From positions 136,134-200,133 of the forward strand of contig CAZNAA010000001.1 of assembly GCA_964571255.1 (NCBI GenBank): a stretch of DNA of 64,000 nt, read 5' to 3'. Position numbers and translations under genes: made by a program. Under the pieces are notes generated by a model. It saw only the letters and a program-made list of their open reading frames with translations, had not been told where the DNA came from and ran no database searches. This document shows, one piece after another, positions 9,470 to 19,693 of this stretch. Source of the stretch: an uncultured Gammaproteobacteria bacterium (GTDB taxonomy: Bacteria > Patescibacteriota > Microgenomatia > Levybacterales > UBA12049). Every line of letters starts with the position of its first letter. Position 1 is the stretch's first letter.

Positions 9470-10513
9470 ATGGATGTTTCTGTACAAATTAATTCGGAAC
9501 TACATCCTCAACCAGTTTCTGAAAGAATGCTCCATCTATCTGCTACTGATCAGGAAGGAGTGAAGCAATCTATTGATAGTTTGACAGCCGAGTTTGAAGC
9601 AAGTCAAGGAAGGAGAATAGGAGAGGCTCTTTCGGGGTCATTAGACGTAGCATCAAACGCACATGAATTCTTATTTCTTGATGCATTACAGACAGAAGAT
9701 CCTACACAACGTCGTATCTCTCATTTAGCCCATCTTCAACTAGATCTTACACATAATACAGCATCGCATAGAATAAAATCTGTATATAGTGAACAGCTTG
9801 GAAAGACAGGTATCCCATTAGCTCAGCTCTATCCAGGTCTTTTTTTTCATGAGGGAAATATTCGATCAGGAAGTGAGCTTCCTAAGGGGCATCAAGGGCA
9901 GACTTTGATAGTTGAAAAAGGGGATTTATCAGAAGAATATATAAACTATGCAGAAAGTTATGAAGATTTTTATCGAAAATTCGAATCAGTACAAATACCT
10001 GATGGGAAAAGTCGTGAAGAAGCTGCTTTACTTGTTGCAGCTCAACAGACAATATTGACCTATTTTGGTATACCCGACGAACATACGGGTAGAGAAAATA
10101 AGAGAAAATATGATACTAAACAGAAAAGATCTCTTGATGAGTTCAAAGGAGATCGAACTGCTACCTGTACAGAAATGGGAGTACTTGCTCAAGAACTTCT
10201 TTCGTTTTCAGGTATGAAGTCAGTACTCATTTCAGGAGGGCCATTATTAGTTGCTAATTCGCACGGAGAATATGATGCTGCAGAAATAGGTGGACATGTT
10301 TTTAATATTATTTTTCTTGGTGAAGGTAAAGATCGTCCCTATTTATTTGATCCATCAAATTACTTGTCAGTCCCAAGTAGTTCTGATGCTACTCAGATGC
10401 AGATACGTCCGTACTGTGCTCCATTATCAGCTGAGCAATTTGGAGCCTTACAAAAGGGAGGAAATATGGAACTAGAGTATGGAGGAGAAAAAAGACTCTA
10501 TAGCGTAGTCTAA
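9470..10513 (+). CDS. Transglutaminase-like (papain-fold) domain protein
   Basis: Ordered Cys...His...Asp triad context: TATCTEMGV ... EIGGHVFNIIF ... LFDPSN. Confidence 0.4.
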   Translation: MDVSVQINSELHPQPVSERMLHLSATDQEGVKQSIDSLTAEFEASQGRRIGEALSGSLDVASNAHEFLFLDALQTEDPTQRRISHLAHLQLDLTHNTASHRIKSVYSEQLGKTGIPLAQLYPGLFFHEGNIRSGSELPKGHQGQTLIVEKGDLSEEYINYAESYEDFYRKFESVQIPDGKSREEAALLVAAQQTILTYFGIPDEHTGRENKRKYDTKQKRSLDEFKGDRTATCTEMGVLAQELLSFSGMKSVLISGGPLLVANSHGEYDAAEIGGHVFNIIFLGEGKDRPYLFDPSNYLSVPSSSDATQMQIRPYCAPLSAEQFGALQKGGNMELEYGGEKRLYSVV

Positions 10514-10524
10514 GAAGCAAAAAG

Positions 10525-11223
10525 TTACTCGGTTAAATGTTCTTTCTTTAGTGTCTCTTTAATCTCTGTATAACTTGTTTGTTCCGTTTTTACTGTTCTT
10601 TTCTCTAGCTTGTGTTTAACAAACTCAATTCCTACTGGGACAAGAGAGAAGAAAACGATACCCAACACTGCATATTCGAAGTTTTCTTGAATAAAAGGAA
10701 GACCTCCAAAGAAGTATCCTAAAAACATAAGACTTGTTACCCAAATGAACCCTCCCAGGACGTTATAGAGTAAAAAAGTATTGTAATGCATTCTTCCAAC
10801 TCCTGCTACGAAAGGGGCAAAGGTTCTGATAATAGGGAGGAAACGGGCAAGAATAATCGTTTTTCCACCATACTTATCATAAAACTCACGAGTTTTTTCA
10901 AGATACGCTTTGTTAAATAGTTTAGAATTCTCTTTAGAAAAGACTCTTGCTCCTAAATGATGCCCAACCCAGTAATTAACAGTATCTCCAACAATAGCTG
11001 CTGCTAAAAGGGTAAAGTACGAGATCCAGATATTTAAGAAACCACTTCCTGCTAGAGTTCCAACGACAAATAGGAGTGAGTCCCCTGGGAGGAAGGGAAT
11101 AATAACCAGTCCTGTTTCTGCAAAAACTATTAAAAACAGAATAACGTAGGTGAGAGGACCGAAAAGATTAATAATATTTGCAAGGTGTTCGTCGAAATGA
11201 AGAATAAAGTCAAATAACTCCAT
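10525..11223 (-). CDS. DedA family membrane protein
   Basis: Conserved DedA motifs: LPGDSLLFVVG and GKTIILARFLPIIRTFAPFVAGV. Confidence 0.8.
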   Translation of the reverse strand: MELFDFILHFDEHLANIINLFGPLTYVILFLIVFAETGLVIIPFLPGDSLLFVVGTLAGSGFLNIWISYFTLLAAAIVGDTVNYWVGHHLGARVFSKENSKLFNKAYLEKTREFYDKYGGKTIILARFLPIIRTFAPFVAGVGRMHYNTFLLYNVLGGFIWVTSLMFLGYFFGGLPFIQENFEYAVLGIVFFSLVPVGIEFVKHKLEKRTVKTEQTSYTEIKETLKKEHLTE

Positions 11224-11268
11224 AAGAAAAGTATATCAGAAATTTTTGTATAATAGACAATACGAAAT

Positions 11269-11847
11269 ATGAATGAGAAAAAAGAGTATAGTATTAAGCT
11301 TTTTTCAACCTCCACAGAATGGGAAGAGTGGTTAGAGAAAAACGGAGAGACAACACGTGGTCTTTGGGTAAAATTTGCTAGAAAAGGGAGTGGAGGGGTA
11401 TCAGTGAGTTTTGATGAAACGCTAGAATGTGCACTTTGTTATGGGTGGATTGATGGCCAAGGAAAAAGTCTTGATGGGACATTCTATTTAAACAAGTTTA
11501 CTCCTCGAGGAATAAGAAGTACCTGGTCAAAGAGAAATTGTGATATTGTTGAAAGACTGATAAAAGAAAAGAGAATGTGTCCATCTGGTCTAGCAGCAGT
11601 TGAGGCTGCAAAAAAAGATGGGAGATGGGACCGGGCATATGACTCTCCGAAAAACATGGTAGTTCCGGATGACTTTTTACATGAAGTAAAAAAGAGTGAA
11701 AAGACCTACGCCTTTTATCAGACACTGAATAAAACCAATACGTATGCAATTGCTTGGAGGCTACAAACTGCGATAAAGCCTGAAACACGAGAAAGAAGAA
11801 TGAAGATTCTTTTAGAAATGTTAGAAAAAGGAGAAAAAATACACTAG
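11269..11847 (+). CDS. YdeI/OmpD-associated family protein
   Basis: Matches the family across its length: LWVKFARKGSG...ECALCYGWIDGQ...RWDRAYD. Confidence 0.6.
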   Translation: MNEKKEYSIKLFSTSTEWEEWLEKNGETTRGLWVKFARKGSGGVSVSFDETLECALCYGWIDGQGKSLDGTFYLNKFTPRGIRSTWSKRNCDIVERLIKEKRMCPSGLAAVEAAKKDGRWDRAYDSPKNMVVPDDFLHEVKKSEKTYAFYQTLNKTNTYAIAWRLQTAIKPETRERRMKILLEMLEKGEKIH

Positions 11848-11849
11848 AT

Positions 11850-12035
11850 ATGATACTTGATACAAAACGAAAAAAATGGGTTCTTCTTACTGTTCTTTCT
11901 GCCCTCCTTATTGGCATAAGTATCTATATGATTCGCTCTCTTCCCCCTGCGGAGAAAGGAAGTAGGGCCGTTATCCCTCCTACACTTACCATTTCTCCAG
12001 ATAGTATCCAAAAAGTAAGTCTTGAAAGAGAGTGA
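11850..12035 (+). CDS. Small single-TM protein (putative)
   Basis: A 61-aa ORF starting 3 nt after the upstream stop. Contains a TM helix LLTVLSALLIGISIYMI. Confidence 0.25.
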   Translation: MILDTKRKKWVLLTVLSALLIGISIYMIRSLPPAEKGSRAVIPPTLTISPDSIQKVSLERE

Positions 12036-12137
12036 TTTATTACTCCAATTGAGAAATTAAGTAGTGGCTAGTGGCAAAAATATCAGGTAAAATGGACAGT
12101 TTCTCTAACAGATCGTCTTCAAATGCTTCAGTAACAT

Positions 12138-12548
12138 TTATAGTGCAAAAGGGTTAATAAAGGTCAAAATATCCGGACTAAAAAAGTAGACAAGTACTGC
12201 TACGAGAATAAGAATCAAAAAGAGAAAGAGGATAATCCCAAATGACGAACGGGAAGAGGTAGGAGTTGAGGTTGGAGAAGAAGTGGGTAAAGGAGTTGAG
12301 TAGGTATCAGAATGGATTCTTGCTTCATATCCTCCGGGCGGTGGATATTTCGATTGACTCATAGTTGCATACATCTGATTACTCTCAATTTGCTCACCCT
12401 CATCAAATTCATATTCCTTGTGATCCTCGTTATATTCAATTAAATGCTGTTTAATCGAGTGATACAGAGTACGAGATGCCTGTTCTCGGTTTTGGTTATA
12501 TACAAAATAGACCCTCCCACAATAGGGACATTTATACGTGTAATACAT
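12138..12548 (-). CDS. Zinc-ribbon protein with a C-terminal TM anchor
   Basis: CPYCGRVYF zinc-ribbon half-site, Ser/Thr/Pro-rich linker, C-terminal TM. The start was chosen at MYYTYKCPYCG to avoid overlapping the facing gene. Confidence 0.4.
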   Translation of the reverse strand: MYYTYKCPYCGRVYFVYNQNREQASRTLYHSIKQHLIEYNEDHKEYEFDEGEQIESNQMYATMSQSKYPPPGGYEARIHSDTYSTPLPTSSPTSTPTSSRSSFGIILFLFLILILVAVLVYFFSPDILTFINPFAL

Positions 12549-12587
12549 AGGTAAATGTAGCTGTAGTGTAGTGAGTTTAATCAAAGA

Positions 12588-13052
12588 ATGCAATTCAATA
12601 GTAAAATTGATAACATGTTTATAATAACTGCTTTTATGAACGAAGATAAAATCCAAGTGACTACATTGATACATGCTCCGATAGAAAAAGTATGGGAATA
12701 CTATATTTCTCCAGAACATATTACAAAATGGGCATTTGCCTCTGATGATTGGGAAGCTCCATATGCGGAAAACGACGTACGAGTTGGAGGAAAATTTCTT
12801 ACCCGTATGTCATCAAAAGATAAAACAGAAGGTTTTGATTTTAATGGAGTATATACACAAGTCAAAGAATTTGAACTCATAGAATATGAGATGGAGGGGG
12901 GACGGAAAGTCTCAGTAATTTTTACTCCTAAAGAAAATTCAGTAGAGGTTGTAACTATATTTGAAATGGAGCATGAAAATTCTCGTGAACTCCAACAAGA
13001 TGGTTGGCAAGCAATTCTTGATAACTTTAAAAAACACGTTGAAGCTGAATAA
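12588..13052 (+). CDS. SRPBCC-superfamily protein (Aha1/AHSA1-like)
   Basis: VTTLIHAPIEKVWEYYISPEHITKW...GGKF..RM is characteristic of the AHSA1/SRPBCC fold. Confidence 0.55.
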   Translation: MQFNSKIDNMFIITAFMNEDKIQVTTLIHAPIEKVWEYYISPEHITKWAFASDDWEAPYAENDVRVGGKFLTRMSSKDKTEGFDFNGVYTQVKEFELIEYEMEGGRKVSVIFTPKENSVEVVTIFEMEHENSRELQQDGWQAILDNFKKHVEAE

Positions 13053-13234
13053 TTCTTTCCCACTTTATTCTCTGGTATAATTATCTCCAAATGAATTTAT
13101 ATGTCGGAACGGTGAGATTGGGAGTCAACTTAATTGTTTGAGCTCAGAAGTATATTATCGAATACCTCTTGAGCAAATTATAGATTTGCCAATTTCTAAG
13201 TTTATGCTTATATTTTTTTTTATAATAAAAAGTT

Positions 13235-14371
13235 ATGAGAGGAAGAGAACAGTTACGTCGAGATTACAGCCAAGAAAGAGAGAATAACGAACTATTACGT
13301 TGCTACCAAGCAACACTTTTAGGTGGAGCAATTGGTGATACATTAGGAATGCCTGTAGAAGGTTGGGATAGAGATCAAATTAGACGACATATTGGTCAAA
13401 TTACTAAACCAATAGATCCAGTAGTTGTAAAAGATGAATTAGGACGGGTAGTCCATAGAGATGAAATTGGACGAATTCCTTATGTTTCTCCCTATTTACT
13501 ACAAGGGCAAATTACCGATGATACCTGGCTTAGTATTGCAACTGCGAGGTCAATTGTTGACGCTAGGGGGTTAGACTTAAGTAATCTTGCAAATCATAGT
13601 TTAGTGGTATATCAGCAGCAAGTAGCACGCCAGGTGGATGTAACTCCAGAAGGTACTCCAATTGCAGCATTTTTGCATCCTGACAGTGAGATACCTCAAG
13701 CGTTTGGTAGTACTACTATTGCTGCATTTGAAAATTTAAAAAGAGGTGTATCCCCCACAGAGTCTGGTGTACTATCAAGAAACCCAGGAAATGCACCTGC
13801 AATTAAAGTTGCGCCCGTAGGTATGCATATGCACGCAACGGGACAATATGATGATGGACTCGAATTTGCAGAACAAGTGGGGAGAATGACCCATTTAGAT
13901 CCACGATCTATTGTGAGTGGTGTTGTCCAAGCGCATGCAATTCATGCGTTATTAAATGGTTCTTCAAGAAATGAATTTGTAGATAGTATAGTTAGAGTAG
14001 CGCAGGAACGAGAAAAATCAAGAGAAGAAGGGAAAAAAGTCACCTTATTAGAAAGACTAAAGTGGGTTGCTGATAATAGAGACGCAGCTGACGAGATAGC
14101 ATTTCTAGAGTTAGGAACTGGATGGGCTGTAACCAGAAATTATCCATTCACTATTTTTATGTTTCAAAAATATTGGGATAATCCAGTGGAAGGTTTACTG
14201 AAAACGGTAAATTCTGGAGGGGATTGTGATAGTACTGGAGCAATGTATGGTGCGTTAGCGGGAGCAAGGAACGGTATGATATTCCCTGAAATATGGACGA
14301 AATTGGTTGAAGGCAGAGAAGAATTAACTTATTTAGCAGCTGGAATTTATAATTTGAGAAAGGTAGCATAA
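13235..14371 (+). CDS. ADP-ribosylglycohydrolase family protein
   Basis: N-terminal LLGGAIGDTLGMPVEGW and C-terminal GGDCDSTGAMYGALAGA metal-site motifs of the ARH/DraG family. Confidence 0.75.
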   Translation: MRGREQLRRDYSQERENNELLRCYQATLLGGAIGDTLGMPVEGWDRDQIRRHIGQITKPIDPVVVKDELGRVVHRDEIGRIPYVSPYLLQGQITDDTWLSIATARSIVDARGLDLSNLANHSLVVYQQQVARQVDVTPEGTPIAAFLHPDSEIPQAFGSTTIAAFENLKRGVSPTESGVLSRNPGNAPAIKVAPVGMHMHATGQYDDGLEFAEQVGRMTHLDPRSIVSGVVQAHAIHALLNGSSRNEFVDSIVRVAQEREKSREEGKKVTLLERLKWVADNRDAADEIAFLELGTGWAVTRNYPFTIFMFQKYWDNPVEGLLKTVNSGGDCDSTGAMYGALAGARNGMIFPEIWTKLVEGREELTYLAAGIYNLRKVA

Positions 14372-14395
14372 TATCAGTATGAAAGGATGTAGAAT

Positions 14396-15493
14396 ATGAA
14401 CCTGAGCGTAGGTATTGTCGGTCTTCCAAATGTTGGAAAGAGTACTCTTTTTAACGCACTTCTTAAAAAGCAGCAAGCACTTGCTGCTAACTATCCTTTT
14501 GCAACCATTGAACCCAATGTAGGTGTTGTTCCAGTTCCTGATGAAAGACTTCTGGCACTTGCTGAAATTACCAAAGAAGAAGAAAAAATGAGTGAGCTTC
14601 CTCCTATTCGCTCTGCCACAGTTGAATTTGTCGATATTGCAGGACTTGTAAAAGGAGCTGCAGAAGGAGCAGGACTTGGAAATAAGTTTTTGTCACATAT
14701 TCGAGAGGTTGCAGTTATTGCTCATGTGGTCAGAGCTTTTGAAGATTCTGATGTCTTAAGAGAGGGAAGTACCGATCCTAGATCTGATTATGAAACTATT
14801 CAAACAGAGCTACTTCTGGCTGATTTGCAAACAGTTCAAAAATCCCTTGAGAATAGAAAGATTGAGCCATATAAAAAAGATGTGTTGGTAAAAATTGAAA
14901 TGGGGATTAATGATGGAAAAAGAGTCATTGATGTACTGGTAACTGCTGAGGAGAAAGAAGCAGTACGTGATTTGTTCCTTTTAACAAACAAACCAGAGAT
15001 TGTGGTATTAAATCTTTCTGAAGAGCAGTATTCAGAAGAAGGCATACAAGAGAAAATGAGTGAGTTTGCTACGCTTCTTAATATAGACTCAAATAATTTC
15101 GTCGCAATTTGTGCCAAGGTTGAATCAGACCTCATCTCTTTATCACCTGATGAACAAAAAGAATATTTGAAAGAGTTAGGAGTTTCTGTTTCAGGTCTTG
15201 AAAGGCTTATTCAAAAAGCATATGAAAAGCTTGGACTTATTTCCTTTCTCACGTGTGGAGAAAAAGAAGTACGGGCATGGACTATTAGAAGAGGAGATAC
15301 CTCTTTAGTTGCAGCTGGAGAAATTCATACTGATTTTATGAAACGTTTTATTAAAGCAGAAGTAGTTGGGTATATGGATTTTATCGAGAATCGGGGATGG
15401 AAGGGTAGTCGGGAAAAAGGAAAAGCAGGATTACAAGGAAAAGAGTATGTGATGAGAGATGGAGATGTTGTGGAGTTTAAGATCGGAAGCTAA
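14396..15493 (+). CDS. ychF: Ribosome-binding ATPase YchF
   Basis: G1 motif GIVGLPNVGKSTLFNAL and a C-terminal TGS domain. Confidence 0.9.
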   Translation: MNLSVGIVGLPNVGKSTLFNALLKKQQALAANYPFATIEPNVGVVPVPDERLLALAEITKEEEKMSELPPIRSATVEFVDIAGLVKGAAEGAGLGNKFLSHIREVAVIAHVVRAFEDSDVLREGSTDPRSDYETIQTELLLADLQTVQKSLENRKIEPYKKDVLVKIEMGINDGKRVIDVLVTAEEKEAVRDLFLLTNKPEIVVLNLSEEQYSEEGIQEKMSEFATLLNIDSNNFVAICAKVESDLISLSPDEQKEYLKELGVSVSGLERLIQKAYEKLGLISFLTCGEKEVRAWTIRRGDTSLVAAGEIHTDFMKRFIKAEVVGYMDFIENRGWKGSREKGKAGLQGKEYVMRDGDVVEFKIGS

Positions 15494-15997
15494 CTACTTT
15501 CCTTCCTGATCCTCGTTGATTAGTGGGGCTTTTACTTCAGGATCAATTCGTATGAATCTCTGTGCTTTTATTGCATTTCTGTAAGCTACTGTTTCAAGTC
15601 CTCTTGATCTAATTGGTTGTTCCTTTTCTACAATCAATCTTAATGGTCTTTCTCTTTTGTCTGTAGGAGGGAGTTTAGAGGTATCCGTAACAGGAATCTT
15701 ATCTTGGGTATCCCATTCTAGTTCGTCAAACCGTTCTCCACAGGTAAGTAAAACCCTATCGATTCGTTCATCTGCATCTTCAAAGGAAATGCCTAGTAGT
15801 TGAGCAATTCTTGCTACTTGAGTATATCCATTCGCAACTCGATTAAAAATGAGTAAATCGACTGCTTCTTCATCAGTAATATCTCCTCTGTTTATGATTG
15901 CCTGAATGATCTTCTCATCACCTGGGTACATTTTTAGAAATGCGTCAAGAGGAGAAGATGGAGTGGAGTCTGCTGGAGCTTGGCGTTCTAGAGCCAT
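15494..15997 (-). CDS. Hypothetical protein
   Basis: A 167-aa ORF with no recognisable motif. Confidence 0.4.
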   Translation of the reverse strand: MALERQAPADSTPSSPLDAFLKMYPGDEKIIQAIINRGDITDEEAVDLLIFNRVANGYTQVARIAQLLGISFEDADERIDRVLLTCGERFDELEWDTQDKIPVTDTSKLPPTDKRERPLRLIVEKEQPIRSRGLETVAYRNAIKAQRFIRIDPEVKAPLINEDQEGK

Positions 15998-16082
15998 TTA
16001 GACAGATTATACGGTATCTGTCTTTCTCTTGCAATATCCTCACTATTGCTTTTCTAAGCCTGTTTGGATAAAATAGGACAAT

Positions 16083-16364
16083 ATGCGAAAGTATGAATTA
16101 GTAATTGTTGCTAAACCTTCTTTAGGAGACGCAGATCGTAAGAAACTTCTAGAACAAGTAAAAGGTCTTTTAGGAAAAGAGATATCTGTTGTGAAAGAGG
16201 AAGAATGGGGACAGAAACCTCTTGCTTATCCTATTAAAAGAGAAGTTGCTGGTGTATACTACAGATTAGATCTTGAGACTGAAACATCTGTTCCGACTAA
16301 TGCAGAACATGAGTTTATCAGAAACGTTAATATCTTGAGACATTTGTTAGTTAGAACAAAATAA
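16083..16364 (+). CDS. rpsF: 30S ribosomal protein S6
   Basis: MRKYELVIVAKP...; sits in the conserved rpsF-ssb-rpsR arrangement. Confidence 0.9.
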   Translation: MRKYELVIVAKPSLGDADRKKLLEQVKGLLGKEISVVKEEEWGQKPLAYPIKREVAGVYYRLDLETETSVPTNAEHEFIRNVNILRHLLVRTK

Positions 16365-16365
16365 T

Positions 16366-16836
16366 ATGGCAAGAAGTCTAAATAGAGTACAGCTAATTGG
16401 GAATTTAACTCGTGATCCAGAATTGAGATATACTCCTACTGGAACAGCTGTTTGCACTTTTAGTCTTGCTACGAATAGATCTTGGACAACAGATAATGGA
16501 GAGAAGCATGAAGAAACTGATTTTCATCGCATTGTTGCCTGGAATAAATTAGGAGAACTTTGTAACCAATTTTTGGTTAAAGGACGAAAAGTATATGTAG
16601 AAGGTCGTCTTTCAACGAGAAACTGGACTGCACAAGATGGAGCTCAAAAATCAATTACAGAAATTGTCATTGATGACATGATCCTTCTTGATAGTGCAAA
16701 AGGAAGTAGCGAAAAATCTGAGGAGTTTGAAAAGTCACCAGTAAGTGAGAAAAAAGCTCCAAAAGCAGAAAAAGAAGAGGTACCAGTTGAGGAACCATCA
16801 CAGGATGAAGTAATGCCTGATGATATTCCTTTCTAA
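16366..16836 (+). CDS. ssb: Single-stranded DNA-binding protein
   Basis: OB-fold N-terminus NRVQLIGNLTRDPELRYTP.G, and an acidic C-terminal tail DDIPF. Confidence 0.9.
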   Translation: MARSLNRVQLIGNLTRDPELRYTPTGTAVCTFSLATNRSWTTDNGEKHEETDFHRIVAWNKLGELCNQFLVKGRKVYVEGRLSTRNWTAQDGAQKSITEIVIDDMILLDSAKGSSEKSEEFEKSPVSEKKAPKAEKEEVPVEEPSQDEVMPDDIPF

Positions 16837-16842
16837 AATACT

Positions 16843-17088
16843 ATGGCTAAAAAAACACGAAGAATTGCTAGACAAAAACCAACAGCACCACAAAAGGATT
16901 ATTTTGTGGAGAATAAGCTAGATCCACATTTTTCAAATGTGTCTGTCCTTTCTCGTTTCTTAACAGATCGAGGGAAGATTCAACCACGCTCTCGAAGTGG
17001 ACTAACTGCGTCTAGTCAGAGAAAATTAGAAAAGGCAGTAAAATACGCTCGTCATTTAGCTCTTTTACCTTTTGTAAATAGAGACTAA
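16843..17088 (+). CDS. rpsR: 30S ribosomal protein S18
   Basis: LSRFLTDRGKIQPRSRSGLTASSQRKLEKAVKYARHLALLPF. Confidence 0.9.
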   Translation: MAKKTRRIARQKPTAPQKDYFVENKLDPHFSNVSVLSRFLTDRGKIQPRSRSGLTASSQRKLEKAVKYARHLALLPFVNRD

Positions 17089-17106
17089 GCGTAGATTCGC
17101 TCAGCT

Positions 17107-17877
17107 ATGACAGTACTGCCCGTAGTCCTGCCACAAGGATTCACCTCCACTGTAAGCCTTCAGACTTCTGTTAAACCAGGAGAAATTATCGCCACAAAAA
17201 CTCAATCTCTTCCTCTTGAGAAAAAAATTCCTATTGCGAGTTTTCTGGCGGTTCCGTCACGTACGGCTGGGAAGTATTTAAAGAAAAATCCAGGAGACAG
17301 CATTTCTATAGGAGATGTAGTTGCACAAAAAAAAAGTCTTTTTGGCTTATCAAAAACTGATGTGAAAAGTCAAATTGCAGGAGTAGTTTCTCGATACGAA
17401 AGAGATACAGGTACTTTGATTCTCTCAGCCTTAAATACTTCAACCGAAGGAAATGCAGAAACGATAACAGCACCAGTTGAAGGAGTAGTAACAGATATAA
17501 CAGAGCAAAAAATTCTTATCAAAACAAATCAGTCTGTTCTTCAAGCAACGGCGGGAATTGGAGAAAGTGCCCAGGCAGAATTAGTGTGTACAGATCCGAG
17601 TATAGAAGATGTATTTTATCAGCTCGATAGTAAAACGAGTGGAAAACTTGTACTACTTCCGGTAGTGACTAAAGACATTGTCATGAAAGCAATTGGAATT
17701 GGAGTAAAGGGACTTATCACCCAAGACATAACTCATGCAGACTACGCCTATATTATGGATAAAACGCCAGACTATCCTCTTGTGAAAGTAGAAAAGAGTG
17801 TCTATGATATATTGAACGCTCAAAAAGGGAGAACCATTTTTTTACACGGAAAAGAAAAAGTTCTCATTCTTATTTAA
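17107..17877 (+). CDS. Hypothetical protein
   Basis: 256-aa ORF with no recognisable motif. Confidence 0.4.
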   Translation: MTVLPVVLPQGFTSTVSLQTSVKPGEIIATKTQSLPLEKKIPIASFLAVPSRTAGKYLKKNPGDSISIGDVVAQKKSLFGLSKTDVKSQIAGVVSRYERDTGTLILSALNTSTEGNAETITAPVEGVVTDITEQKILIKTNQSVLQATAGIGESAQAELVCTDPSIEDVFYQLDSKTSGKLVLLPVVTKDIVMKAIGIGVKGLITQDITHADYAYIMDKTPDYPLVKVEKSVYDILNAQKGRTIFLHGKEKVLILI

Positions 17878-19137
17878 ATGAAATCTCAAGCTTTTCGATT
17901 CATTATTAGTCTTCTTATTGCTGGGTTTTTAGGGTACTACCTGGGCATTACCAAGGTTTCATTTCAAGTAGCAAACTTTAGACCTCAACTATCAGTTCAA
18001 AGTAAAGAACCCCCAGCATCTGCAACGAACTTAGACATGCAAAAATTTTGGAGTGCTTTGGAAAAAGTCCAAACCCTTTATTATGACAAATCAGCCATTG
18101 ATGGAGATAAGCTGTTGAATGGAGCCATATCAGGAATGGTTGAGAGTTTAGATGATCCGTATACAGTCTATCTTCCACCAGTTCAGAATGACGATTTTAA
18201 AGATAATTTAGCTGGAAAGTTTGAAGGAATTGGTGCAGAGCTTGGAATGAAGGAGAAACAGATCATTGTTGTTTCTCCTCTTGATGGAAGTCCAGCAAAA
18301 TCAGCCGGAATTAAATCAGGGGATGGTATTTTAAAAGTGGATGATAAATCTGCCTCAGGATGGACTCTGGCTGAAGCGGTTGAGCAAATTAGAGGACCAA
18401 AAGGAACCCAAGTTACGTTGACTATTGCCAGAATAGGAGATACAAAACCACGGGAGATAAAAATCACAAGGGATGAAATTACCATTAAAAGTGTCACTGC
18501 TTGGGTAAAGCAAGTAAAAGATGTTGAAGGAGTCGACAAAAAAGCACTTTCTGCTCATAGTACTGACAAAGTGGCCTATATTCGTCTGTCTCAATTTGGG
18601 GATAATACTAACCAAGAATGGGTGGGTCTTGCCAACACTATTGCGATGGAGAAGCAAAAAGGAGGACTCAAGGGAGTTGTTATTGATGTTCGGAACAATC
18701 CTGGAGGGTATTTAACCGATGCTGTGTTTATTGCCTCTGAATTTATTAAAAGTGGAACGATTGTTATTCAAGAAGCAGGAGATGGATCAAAAACTCCATT
18801 AACTGTAACCAGGCAAGGAAACTTAACTGACGTTCCAGTTATTGTCCTTATTAATAAAGGCTCAGCCAGTGCTAGTGAAATCTTATCAGGTGCGCTGCGA
18901 GACTATAAAAGAGCAAAGCTTCTTGGAGAAACCTCTTTTGGAAAGGGAACTATTCAACAAGCAGTTGAGATGGGTGAAGGAGCTGGAATTCACGTAACAA
19001 TTGCTAAATGGTTGACTCCAAATGGAACATGGGTGCATAAGAAAGGACTTGAGCCAGATATAAAGGTTGAAGTGGATACGAAGGATCAATCCCACGATGT
19101 ACAACTTGAAAAAGCAATCTTAGAATTAGTAAAGTAA
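17878..19137 (+). CDS. ctpA: S41 carboxyl-terminal processing protease with PDZ domain
   Basis: PDZ domain (GIKSGDGILKVDD), catalytic Ser region LINKGSASASEILSGAL, and catalytic Lys (TSFGKGTIQ). Confidence 0.85.
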   Translation: MKSQAFRFIISLLIAGFLGYYLGITKVSFQVANFRPQLSVQSKEPPASATNLDMQKFWSALEKVQTLYYDKSAIDGDKLLNGAISGMVESLDDPYTVYLPPVQNDDFKDNLAGKFEGIGAELGMKEKQIIVVSPLDGSPAKSAGIKSGDGILKVDDKSASGWTLAEAVEQIRGPKGTQVTLTIARIGDTKPREIKITRDEITIKSVTAWVKQVKDVEGVDKKALSAHSTDKVAYIRLSQFGDNTNQEWVGLANTIAMEKQKGGLKGVVIDVRNNPGGYLTDAVFIASEFIKSGTIVIQEAGDGSKTPLTVTRQGNLTDVPVIVLINKGSASASEILSGALRDYKRAKLLGETSFGKGTIQQAVEMGEGAGIHVTIAKWLTPNGTWVHKKGLEPDIKVEVDTKDQSHDVQLEKAILELVK

Positions 19138-19141
19138 CTAT

Positions 19142-19687
19142 ATGGAACCAAATAATAGAGACGAGCGAGATTTCAAGAGAACAATAAATTCTGCAAGAAG
19201 AACAGGTGTTTTGTCTACCTTACGAGATATTCACCAAAAAAGACAAGATGCAGCAGCGCGTGTTGCTCATGAAGCCTATATGAAACAAACTGCAAGGCTT
19301 TCAGAACAAAATGCAGCTTCAGATGAAGCACAACAAGCAAGATTACGCTCTTTAAGGGAACAAGGAATAAAACCAGCTAATGTTCAAAAGATTGATACTG
19401 GAAAATCAGTAAATCTTTTGGATGAGCAAGAGGATGATGGGTTAAAAAACTTACGAAGTAAGGAACCAGTCACACAAGTGCCCACAAAAAATGTAGTGCA
19501 TATGGTAGATTCTGCTGCTTGGAAGAAGAGAATAGAGGAAGGAAGAGCCCAAGCTCTTCAAAGTGCTCAAGCATCTGAACAGAAAATTGCTCAATATACT
19601 ACTGCACTTACTCCTGCTGCTGAAAAACCTCGCGGTATTATTCAGCGAATTTTCAGCAAATTCGGGTTTAATAAGCAAGCTGCATAA
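19142..19687 (+). CDS. Hypothetical protein
   Basis: Charged and Gln-rich. No motif. Confidence 0.4.
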   Translation: MEPNNRDERDFKRTINSARRTGVLSTLRDIHQKRQDAAARVAHEAYMKQTARLSEQNAASDEAQQARLRSLREQGIKPANVQKIDTGKSVNLLDEQEDDGLKNLRSKEPVTQVPTKNVVHMVDSAAWKKRIEEGRAQALQSAQASEQKIAQYTTALTPAAEKPRGIIQRIFSKFGFNKQAA

Positions 19688-19693
19688 ACAAGT

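Noticed and set aside
10290-10475. Nested ORF 10290-10475 (+) and antisense ORFs 5363-5695, 2142-2525, 6427-6648, 18183-18657
   Set aside because: They are embedded in better-supported longer genes in another frame or strand, and have low-complexity translations.
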